A stretch of 38,987 nt of DNA, taken from positions 1-38,987 of the IMG/VR virus record IMGVR_UViG_3300030098_004222, one strand, 5' to 3'. Position 1 is the stretch's first letter. Each line of letters starts with the position of its first letter. This document shows, one piece after another, positions 29,101 to 36,979 of the stretch. This DNA comes from a virus. Lineage: Duplodnaviria; Caudoviricetes. The notes under the pieces are model-generated. The model searched no databases and was not told where the DNA came from. It saw only the letters and a program-made list of their open reading frames with translations. A program made the position numbers and the translations under genes.

Positions 29101-32100
29101 TGGAGATTTTAGCGATACTCAAATGTGGGGCTCTATATTAACCACTGGCTTTATAGAAGCAACTATAACTAGGCATTTTGGTACCGCTCCTAACGCTCAA
29201 AGAATATTAAAACGTATTTACAAGCCAAAAACAACAGATTTAGCCAACTCTTTATTTAGAAGCAATAGACAAGCTATAGGTAACGCCGCTTGGCGAACAA
29301 CAAGAGGTACTGTTGGTGAAATATTTGAAGAAACATCTATAGAAGTTGGTACGGTTTTAGGTGACTCTTTGTGGTTAGGCGATGATATGAATTGGAGTAA
29401 TGTTGACGATGTTATGGTTCAATCGCTTATAATGGGTGGCGGTATGAACTCTTTTGGTAACGCTTATGGTACCATAACTCAACAAATGGCTACTGCTGAT
29501 TTTAGAAAAGAAGGCTTAACAAAAATAGAAGCTTTAAAAAGAATAGAAAAACAATTAGGCTCTCCAGATTTATCACAAACTTATCGTAAAGAGCTGTTGT
29601 CTCAATATAAAACTGTTATAAACGAGTTTGGTGATTTAAAAGATGGTTTAGAAATAGATGCTATGGTTGTTGGAGCTGATAACATTAAAACTTTAGTAGC
29701 GTTAAACACAGAGTTACAAATACTACAACAGCAAGCTGGTGTTAAACCTGGTGATACTGAATCTGAAATACAAGAAAAAATAACTCAATACAAGAAAACT
29801 TTAGATACTTTTGAACAAAACAAATTTCAAGGTCAAATAGACGCGGTTAATTCAGCTAAACAAAGAATATATGATGGTATAGATTATGATGGTCAAATAA
29901 CAAAAATATTTGGAAGACCTGGAGAAATATTAGATGCTAGATGGAAAGATAAAAGTAACATGTCTAAGCAAGCTATTCAGTATAGAAAAGCTGATGCTAA
30001 AGATAAGCTTAAAATGATTTTACAACAAACTAGAAAAAACATTATAAATGATAAAATAAGAAGAGTTAAAGGGGACGATAGAATGAAACAGAAGGTGGAA
30101 GAAGATATTTACTCAGAAAGAGATAGTGAAGGTAATATAACTAAAAAAATGAATTTTGAACAGTGGAAAAAATCTACTGGTAAAAATAATAGAAAAAAAT
30201 CTCTAGAAAATGCTATGTATGAGTTTTATGGTAATACTCTTTTATCTAGAACCGTAGATGCTAAAATGCTGTTTTCTGAAAGCGATGTTAACGCTAAGGC
30301 TATATTAGGAGATAAGCGGGCTTCAGAATTAAAAATAAAAGAAGCAAAAAATACTCAAGAAATAATAGAAGCCGTTGAGAACTCAACATTAACTAATGAT
30401 AAAAAATCTGAAATTTTATCTGATTTAGTTACTGGTAGAGCTAATGCTGTAATACTAGACAACAACTATATAGTTTTAAATGAAAAAAAGGCAAAAGAAA
30501 AATTAGACAACGGTGATCTTTTGCAAGGAACCGCTTTATATCACGAGATAAGCCATTTTATAGATGACATGGCTTTTACTGAGAAAGAGTTAATAGACTA
30601 TGCCACTAAACTACATAGCTTTGTTAGTAAACACAAAAAATTAAACCACATAAACTCACTTGCTATAAAAAATCTTATAGAGATGGGTATTTGGAAAGGC
30701 GGTGAAGACGCTACGTTTGAACAACAGAGTTATACTGCTAAAGATGAATACGTAAGAGAAGTGCAGTCTTTACTTCAATTTAATCACAACCATGTTGAAA
30801 GAGATTTATTAAGAAAGGAAATTGGCCAGAGTTTAATGAATAAATTAAGAGGCGTAATAAGAGGTGATTTTAAAATAAAAACAGAAAAAGACGCCATGTA
30901 TTATATGATGGCTTTTTTGGAAAATGTTGAAAATGGTAAAATATCTAAATTAGCGAAGCGTAGAATAGCTAAGCGAAAAGGTAAAATAAAAGATAAACCA
31001 AAATCTAAACTATCTACTGAAGCAAGTAATAGAGTTCAAGAAGTATACAATGAAAAAGGCGAAGGAGGTATAATGGAAATACTAGGTGAGTTTGCACCTA
31101 TAGTTAGTAATATAGTTAATAAATATAGAGATGTACCAGGTTTTGATAGACAGTTGTTAATAGACGAAATAAACACCGGTAAAAGAGGTATATATGATTT
31201 AGTTAGAAGCTACAATCCTAAATCAGGAGTGCCTTTAGCTGCTTATATTAATAAATTTTTATCTGCCAGATCAATTGAAGCGGCTAATAGAGTTTTAAAA
31301 ACAGAATTTGAGTTAGATGTAACTGATATAGGTGGTAGGACTCCAGTTGATGAAGAAACCGACGTTAAAGTTATTAAGGAAAAAGAAAGTTTAAGAAAGT
31401 CTCTTAAAATTAAAAAAGAAGACGAATTATATAAAACCATTTTATCTAGCGTTGAAACAACTTTTGGTACTAAACTACCAGAAGTAACTTCCAGTGAGTT
31501 TAGAAGCGCTTTAGAAAATGTATTTAAAGCAAAGTTAAAAACACCTATAGCTAAGTTAATGGGAGGTGGTAAAAAGTATGAAAGTTTTTTAAATGATTTT
31601 TATTCAGTTATATTTGACAAAGTACCAATACAATTTTGGGTAAAAATAGAAAGTGATCTACCTAGAGATCAAAGAGTTTTTACAGAAGTGGAAATAGAAA
31701 ACATGAATCCTACTCAAACTGATAAAGCTATAAGAGAAGGTAGAGTACCGAAAGGAACATCTAGAACCGCTGGTAATACTTTGTGGAGATTTAAAAAACC
31801 AACTAAAAAGCAATTTGTTGAGTTTTATACTCCACCAGCTATTAATCCTAAAACAGGTAAAAGAAGTGGTTTAAAAGGTACTCGTAAAGACCGTTTGGCT
31901 GAGATTATTGGTATAGAGATGGCTTTTGATGCGACTATGGAGATTGTACAAACACCTAGCGTGATTGAAAGAAGAAGAGCTCTAAATGAGCATTTTCAAA
32001 GAAATATAGTAGAAAACGAAATAGCTTTAATTGCAAAAGAAATAAACAGAGATAAAAACTATAAGTTTTCAAGATCTGTAGATGCTAACTCTAGTGATGT

Positions 32101-35100
32101 AATGTCAGATTTATTTCACGCTATGCGGCCAGAGTTTTTGCAAGCTATATCTAACAACGGGTTTACTAAACAATCTATAGGATATGCGTACGATTTAATT
32201 TACAAATCTTTAGGCGGCGTTAAAGATACAAATAACAAAAGTTTAAGACAAAAAATAGTAGACGAGTATTATTCTATGTTAAAACCTTTCGCCACTATAC
32301 AAGAAAGATATACTAGTGGTAATATAGATTTTATTAATCCAAAAACTGGAAATAAACTAACTGTAGAAGAATACGCATCAATGGTGGACATGGCTGATTC
32401 TAATATAGAGATTTCTAATTATTTTGAATTAGATAAATCTGTGGTTGATTATTTTGCAAATAAAAACTCTCTTAGACAATATAAAGACTTTATAAGTAGC
32501 ATAGTTTTAAAACTAAAAGAAGAGTATAATGATGATAGAAAACTAATTATAGATCTTATAAGAATAAAAGCTTTTATAGAAAATGGAACTTCTAATCCTA
32601 AAAGAGCTATGGCTTACAAAAATAAGTCTGAGTTTATAACACAGTTGCTACATAAAATAGACCCTACAATAAAAGTAGACAACAGAAAAGGTTATTTTGT
32701 TATAGATAAAAATGGTAAAGAAATTAAATTAGATATACCAAAAGAACCAAAGCAAGGTGTTACACAAGATATGGTTAACAATACTATGTCTGCTGAAGAC
32801 AAGAAAACTAGAAAAAAGTTTGCTGATTTTCATTGGAACACTTTAAACAGAATTATAGAAATAGGAGTAGATCTTGTTAAAAACAAAGATTACAGTAAGG
32901 TTGAGCTAGCTATGCTATCTGCTGGATTTTTAGGTAACATGAAAACTTCTCTTAGATCTTCTGCTTTGTTTAAATATGCTGTTGTTAACCCATTTGACAA
33001 AAATATAAACAACTACGAATACGAGCATGGTATACCAGCTAAGGTTATTATGCTTCACCTGCTAGACAATCATTGGGCTGGTAACAAAATAGATTTAAAT
33101 TTACTAAAAGAAGCTTATTCTGTTGGCGCGATACACAAAGACATGAACGCTAATTTATCAAAAATATTTAAACAAAGAATGCATTTTGATTATAAGCTAG
33201 GTGATATACCACCAAAAAGATGGTATAATGTATTTATGGGTGCTGGTATTTCTCACGCTGTTGTAGACGTTTATACTAACAAAACTTATGGTGAAAAATA
33301 CGCAGACTCTTGGAAAAGAATAAAACAAACTAAAGATAAGTTAGAAGTACAGTTTAATAAGGTTTTGCCCAAAAAACTACATAGTTTAACTTTTGAACAA
33401 AAAGCAAAAGCTATCAATGATTTTAACAAGTCAGTTAAATTATCTAGAAGTGTAAATCCTAGTAAAGGTATAACTATTTTAGATTTTGATGACACACTAG
33501 CGACCACCAAGTCTATGATTAGATTTACCAAACCAGATGGTACAAAAGGCAAATTAAACGCAGAGCAGTACGCTAGAGATTATGTTGATTTACTATCTCA
33601 AGGTTATAAATTTGATTTTTCTGAGTTTAGCAAAGTTGTAAAAGGTAAAACAGCTCCTTTATTTAATAAAGCTTTAAAACTACAAGATAAGTTTGGTCCA
33701 AAAAATATGTTTATACTAACAGCTAGACCAGCTGATTCGGCTAAAGCGATACATGAATTTGTTAAAGCTAATGGTTTAAATATACCTATAAAAAATATAA
33801 CTGGTTTAGCTAATTCAACCTCTGAAGCTAAAGCTCTTTGGATAGCTGGAAAAGTTGCAGAAGGTTATAATGATTTTTACTTTGCAGACGACGCGTTGCA
33901 AAATGTACAAGCCGTTAAAAACATGTTAGATCAATTTGATGTTAAATCTAAAATACAACAAGCTAAGGTTAAATTTAGTAAATCGATGGACACTAAGTTT
34001 AATGATATATTAGAATACGTTTCTGGTATGGACTCAAATAAAAGATTATCTGATACTCAAGCTAAACTAAGAGGAGCTAGTAAAGGTAGATTTAATTTTA
34101 TAATTCCTCCGTCTGCGCAAGATTTTAGTGGTTTAATATACGCCTTTATAGGTAAAGGTAAAAAAGGTGAAAAACAATTAGAGTTTTTTAAGAAAGCTTT
34201 ATTTGATCCATTTGCTAGAGGTGTGAGAGAGTTAAACTCGCTTAAACAAAGCGCTTGGGGCGATTATAGCAATTTGTTAAAACAATATCCTGGGATGAAA
34301 AAAAGGCTTAGGAAAAAGGTTGGTGATACAAATTTCAATATAGATCAAGCTGTAAGAGTTTATTTATGGGATAAAGCTGGATTTGATGTACCTGGTTTAT
34401 CAAAAAGAGATTTAAATTCTTTGGTTTCTTTTATTAAAAACGATCCAGATTTACAATCTTTTTCTGACATGTTAGGTACTATATCAAAAAGAGATGATGG
34501 TTATTCAGCCCCTGGTGAATATTGGTTAATAGAAAATATAGCTTCAGATTTATTTAGTGATGGAGCTATTGGCGATGTTAGGTCAGAACTTTTAGCAGAG
34601 TGGATACAAAATAAAAATATTATATTTTCTAAAGAAAATTTAAACAAAATAGAAGCTCTTTATGGTGCTAACTTTAGAGAAGCGTTAGAAGATATTTTAT
34701 ACCGTATGGAGACTGGTAGAAACAGACCTATGGGTAAAAACAGACTTACTAATATTTACATGAATTGGGTTAACAACTCTGTTGGCGCTATCATGTTCTT
34801 TAACATGAGGTCTGCTTTACTTCAAACTATTTCTACTTTTAATTATATAAATTGGAGTGATAATAATTTTTTGAAAGCGTCAGCTGCTTTTGCAAATCAA
34901 AAACAGTTTTGGAAAGACTTCGTGTTTATCTTTAACTCTGACATGTTAAAACAAAGAAGAAAAGGTCAGCAAAGAGGTGTTAACGAAAACGAACTTATGT
35001 CTGCTGTTGTTGGTAGTAGCAACCCTGCTAAAGCTGCTATAGCTTGGTTGTTAAACAAAGGGTTTTTACCTACACAGATAGCTGATAGTTTTGCTATATC

Positions 35101-36289
35101 TACTGGAGGAGCTAGTTTTTATAGAAATAGAATTAAAACTTATATAAAGCAAGGAATGTCTAAAGCTAAAGCCGAAGAAAAAGCTTTTTTAGATTTTCAA
35201 GAGCTAACTGAAACGGCTCAGCAGTCTGCTAGACCTGATTTAATATCTCAGCAACAAGCTAGCCCACTAGGTAGATTAATATTAGCTTTTGCTAATACTC
35301 CTATGCAGTACGCTAGAATAATCAATAAATCGGCTAGAGATTTAGTTGCAGGTAGAGGCGACGCTAAAACACACGTGTCTAAAATAATATATTACGGCGC
35401 GGTTCAAAGCTTTATATTTACAGCCTTACAGCAAGCTATTTGGGCTTTAATAGGTAGTGACGAAGAAGAAGAGAAGGTTAAAGGTAGATGGGTTAGACTT
35501 TTTAACGGTATGGTAGACAACCTTTTGGTAGGTATAGGTTTTGGTGGAAGAGCTATATCTACAGTAAAAAACTCTATTATGGAGTATTTAGAGCAAGATG
35601 CTAAAGGTTTTAGAGCTGATCACGCTTACACGTTGTTGTCTGTTTTAAGTTTTTCGCCTCCAATACAAAGTAAGCTTAGAAAAATATATTCAGCAATACA
35701 AACAGAAAAGTTTAACGAAGACTTAAGAAAAGAAATGAGCTTGCTTAACATCAGTAATCCTGTTTGGAGTATTACTGGTAACATTATAGAAGGTGTTACA
35801 AACATACCTGCTGGTAGGCTTGTTCAAAAAGCTAATAATTTAAAACAAGCTGCTGATTCTAATAACGAATGGTGGCAAAGAATAGCTTTGTTATCAGGTT
35901 GGAACACTTGGGACTTGGGAGTTGTTAATGTTGAAGTAGAAACATTAAAAAAAGAAATAAAAGAAACAAAGAAAAAAGAAAAAGAAAAGAAAAAAGAAAT
36001 AAAAAAACAAGAAAAAAAATCAGAACAATTACTTTTAGAACAACAGTTTGAATCAGACCAAAGAAAAGAATACAATAAGGGTGAAAAAAATATAACTTGT
36101 AGCGCCGTGAGTCGTGATGGAACTAGATGTAAAGTTGTTATAAACAAAAAAGGTAAATGTACGATTCATGAAAAAGTTAAAATGCGAGAAGATGGCAAGC
36201 AGTCTCAGTGTAAAAAAATTAAATCTGATGGTAAAAGATGTAAAATGAAAACAAAAGCTCAAAGTGGGTATTGTTACTATCATGATTAA
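26189..36289 (+). CDS. Giant multidomain (polyvalent-type) virion/ejection protein: hydrophobic region, zincin, sigma-region-2-like, HNH-like, HAD phosphatase, C-terminal CCCH fingers
   Basis: Uninterrupted 3366-aa ORF. HEISH at 30542-30556; sigma2-like at about 31070-31300; EHGIP at 33023-33037; HAD motifs DFDDTL (33482), ILTAR and FADD; two C-x8-C-x9/10-C-x2-H units at 36098-36283. Confidence 0.75.
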   Translation: MANGDSGFVVGDSNKGKFVVGETKKPTFTIGETKIDQPDYTKRQVRPVDPLFMTASEDVALKTLRERYGELGFTFRLSRGSVFENRVGNWITVISPDGESQNVIGFNYRKGSQGAKDAAEKLQSFLNRYTDFGDLEYMETTPEDELFWYDGLQLTVDEMFDKYKVKGIESIITRSMTPSYDYLINRENELKSIDQLTEQQDAELKKVSKSLDDFENWVMGEVGKKTVHGYKRYGITPATREIRQVSKGAVDQSEEELKPALQKDINIGGVDYSSIEAFDRGFMHDAIEVRHRNYNNGERVYIELQRVWGGKTEDVNTLTDVFMSANPNVGLFADPELNRLHMGDARGRDKEKVKQYVDEGFTQFQAEELAAKSVTSDQKRSSVTNALFVTHDDDAAKIRSEDITTLEGTSWEVERVKKQKQWFLDIYHKGVLVESIFDYSTHANYDYGDWGKADQYIAYDKASQYIYDNASDSEIDLMYLNQLNGSADLMKKVREKTATIKVSDKDAFDSYIQKHAVPRFKEDLKQNGVSEQTIKRIETYVMSHDPEYIWENKDELSSVGFIKDSRLGRYGSYYNMMFSSVAKEDIIGLKVQKFENLAAIWDLIPEDDKPKILKTLKQRSGYTTEDGTVIKSVFEQGIEKARHELLIHKKKIWAEQVYENAGSEESELMRRTLDFKKIEAEKQANIINHYADQTFSNLTNQFNEKAEVLDGILTRAAKDGVVIKFTNGDITNGFEVESWNEDMSSKYFNELSILQKSIKELNAVADQSEKDIGVKISNWQNQNGDIYELNRIANIDYDTWWQDFGNSWLSMGLQVGALFGSDSAMNELQSLQNSKMLHGETQLTWQEAIETGQKAEYVGNTFAEQLPNVILAFVPIGGWAIRGLSVGGRFVAGSRAAVSKGVQRKLRNWSIPTIYGVTSSGAKRQQLEERKKAAINAEGALRDLQIAYDNKTITYDDYVENKILLEKTIAAGDFSDTQMWGSILTTGFIEATITRHFGTAPNAQRILKRIYKPKTTDLANSLFRSNRQAIGNAAWRTTRGTVGEIFEETSIEVGTVLGDSLWLGDDMNWSNVDDVMVQSLIMGGGMNSFGNAYGTITQQMATADFRKEGLTKIEALKRIEKQLGSPDLSQTYRKELLSQYKTVINEFGDLKDGLEIDAMVVGADNIKTLVALNTELQILQQQAGVKPGDTESEIQEKITQYKKTLDTFEQNKFQGQIDAVNSAKQRIYDGIDYDGQITKIFGRPGEILDARWKDKSNMSKQAIQYRKADAKDKLKMILQQTRKNIINDKIRRVKGDDRMKQKVEEDIYSERDSEGNITKKMNFEQWKKSTGKNNRKKSLENAMYEFYGNTLLSRTVDAKMLFSESDVNAKAILGDKRASELKIKEAKNTQEIIEAVENSTLTNDKKSEILSDLVTGRANAVILDNNYIVLNEKKAKEKLDNGDLLQGTALYHEISHFIDDMAFTEKELIDYATKLHSFVSKHKKLNHINSLAIKNLIEMGIWKGGEDATFEQQSYTAKDEYVREVQSLLQFNHNHVERDLLRKEIGQSLMNKLRGVIRGDFKIKTEKDAMYYMMAFLENVENGKISKLAKRRIAKRKGKIKDKPKSKLSTEASNRVQEVYNEKGEGGIMEILGEFAPIVSNIVNKYRDVPGFDRQLLIDEINTGKRGIYDLVRSYNPKSGVPLAAYINKFLSARSIEAANRVLKTEFELDVTDIGGRTPVDEETDVKVIKEKESLRKSLKIKKEDELYKTILSSVETTFGTKLPEVTSSEFRSALENVFKAKLKTPIAKLMGGGKKYESFLNDFYSVIFDKVPIQFWVKIESDLPRDQRVFTEVEIENMNPTQTDKAIREGRVPKGTSRTAGNTLWRFKKPTKKQFVEFYTPPAINPKTGKRSGLKGTRKDRLAEIIGIEMAFDATMEIVQTPSVIERRRALNEHFQRNIVENEIALIAKEINRDKNYKFSRSVDANSSDVMSDLFHAMRPEFLQAISNNGFTKQSIGYAYDLIYKSLGGVKDTNNKSLRQKIVDEYYSMLKPFATIQERYTSGNIDFINPKTGNKLTVEEYASMVDMADSNIEISNYFELDKSVVDYFANKNSLRQYKDFISSIVLKLKEEYNDDRKLIIDLIRIKAFIENGTSNPKRAMAYKNKSEFITQLLHKIDPTIKVDNRKGYFVIDKNGKEIKLDIPKEPKQGVTQDMVNNTMSAEDKKTRKKFADFHWNTLNRIIEIGVDLVKNKDYSKVELAMLSAGFLGNMKTSLRSSALFKYAVVNPFDKNINNYEYEHGIPAKVIMLHLLDNHWAGNKIDLNLLKEAYSVGAIHKDMNANLSKIFKQRMHFDYKLGDIPPKRWYNVFMGAGISHAVVDVYTNKTYGEKYADSWKRIKQTKDKLEVQFNKVLPKKLHSLTFEQKAKAINDFNKSVKLSRSVNPSKGITILDFDDTLATTKSMIRFTKPDGTKGKLNAEQYARDYVDLLSQGYKFDFSEFSKVVKGKTAPLFNKALKLQDKFGPKNMFILTARPADSAKAIHEFVKANGLNIPIKNITGLANSTSEAKALWIAGKVAEGYNDFYFADDALQNVQAVKNMLDQFDVKSKIQQAKVKFSKSMDTKFNDILEYVSGMDSNKRLSDTQAKLRGASKGRFNFIIPPSAQDFSGLIYAFIGKGKKGEKQLEFFKKALFDPFARGVRELNSLKQSAWGDYSNLLKQYPGMKKRLRKKVGDTNFNIDQAVRVYLWDKAGFDVPGLSKRDLNSLVSFIKNDPDLQSFSDMLGTISKRDDGYSAPGEYWLIENIASDLFSDGAIGDVRSELLAEWIQNKNIIFSKENLNKIEALYGANFREALEDILYRMETGRNRPMGKNRLTNIYMNWVNNSVGAIMFFNMRSALLQTISTFNYINWSDNNFLKASAAFANQKQFWKDFVFIFNSDMLKQRRKGQQRGVNENELMSAVVGSSNPAKAAIAWLLNKGFLPTQIADSFAISTGGASFYRNRIKTYIKQGMSKAKAEEKAFLDFQELTETAQQSARPDLISQQQASPLGRLILAFANTPMQYARIINKSARDLVAGRGDAKTHVSKIIYYGAVQSFIFTALQQAIWALIGSDEEEEKVKGRWVRLFNGMVDNLLVGIGFGGRAISTVKNSIMEYLEQDAKGFRADHAYTLLSVLSFSPPIQSKLRKIYSAIQTEKFNEDLRKEMSLLNISNPVWSITGNIIEGVTNIPAGRLVQKANNLKQAADSNNEWWQRIALLSGWNTWDLGVVNVEVETLKKEIKETKKKEKEKKKEIKKQEKKSEQLLLEQQFESDQRKEYNKGEKNITCSAVSRDGTRCKVVINKKGKCTIHEKVKMREDGKQSQCKKIKSDGKRCKMKTKAQSGYCYYHD

Positions 36290-36339
36290 ATAAAATTAAA
36301 AACAAGTGAATATATTAATTATAACAAATAGTTTAAAAA

Positions 36340-36624
36340 ATGACTAAAGAATTAAACGAAGAAACAGGTTTTATACTAAGTATTAAAACATTAATAGGTA
36401 TCGCTTTTGCAATAGCCACAGTAGCTGGAATGTGGTTTACTTTGCAGGCTGATATAGCTGAAGCAAAAACATTGCCAACGCCTCCAGATCCAGAGGTAAC
36501 ACGCATGGAGTTTGATATGAAAGATCAAATGATACGACAAACTATTATGACAACTCAAGAAGACGTTACGGAGATTAAAGAGGATATGAAGCGTATTGAA
36601 GAAAAAATTGATAAATTAAAATAA
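36340..36624 (+). CDS. Single-TM protein with C-terminal coiled coil
   Basis: TLIGIAFAIATVAGMWF TM helix, Pro-rich linker, heptad tail (VTEIKEDMKRIEEKIDKL). Confidence 0.7.
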   Translation: MTKELNEETGFILSIKTLIGIAFAIATVAGMWFTLQADIAEAKTLPTPPDPEVTRMEFDMKDQMIRQTIMTTQEDVTEIKEDMKRIEEKIDKLK

Positions 36625-36630
36625 ATTTAA

Positions 36631-36978
36631 ATGAAAAATTATTGGAAAAACCTTTGGTTTTGTTTACTGGTAATACTTTTATTGTTTGTTAGTAAAGACG
36701 CATCTGGACAAACAAAAATAATACATTTTAACGCTGGATGGAACTCTGCTAATGACGTTGATTGGTTTAATAAGTTATCAGATATTAAAAAAGAAAAAAT
36801 GGATATCGGTAAGGATGATTGTCAAAAAAAATATAATATAGTTGTGGTACCCACCATAGTAGTTTTTAAAGATGGTGAAGAGATTAAAAGATATCAAGCT
36901 GATTTAAGCTTTAAAATAGCAGCTACTAGAAAAGAAATACAAGAATTTATAGATGAATTATTAATGGAAGATTTTTAA
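36631..36978 (+). CDS. Exported thioredoxin-fold protein lacking CxxC
   Basis: Signal peptide ending ASG|Q; IIHFNAGWNSAN aligns with Trx VVDFWAxWCGPC; YNIVVVPTIVVFKDGEEIKR is the Trx cis-Pro and beta-hairpin signature. Confidence 0.75.
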   Translation: MKNYWKNLWFCLLVILLLFVSKDASGQTKIIHFNAGWNSANDVDWFNKLSDIKKEKMDIGKDDCQKKYNIVVVPTIVVFKDGEEIKRYQADLSFKIAATRKEIQEFIDELLMEDF

Positions 36979-36979
36979 A

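Noticed and set aside
35945-36025. A-rich low-complexity stretch as a regulatory repeat
   Set aside because: Explained by a K/E-rich coiled-coil coding sequence within the giant ORF.
26189-36289. Virion RNA polymerase, as in crAss-like or N4-like phages, suggested by size and position
   Set aside because: No DxDxD double-psi-barrel motif or T7-like motifs were seen. The only similar string, DFDDTL, sits with TAR and DD motifs that define a HAD domain.
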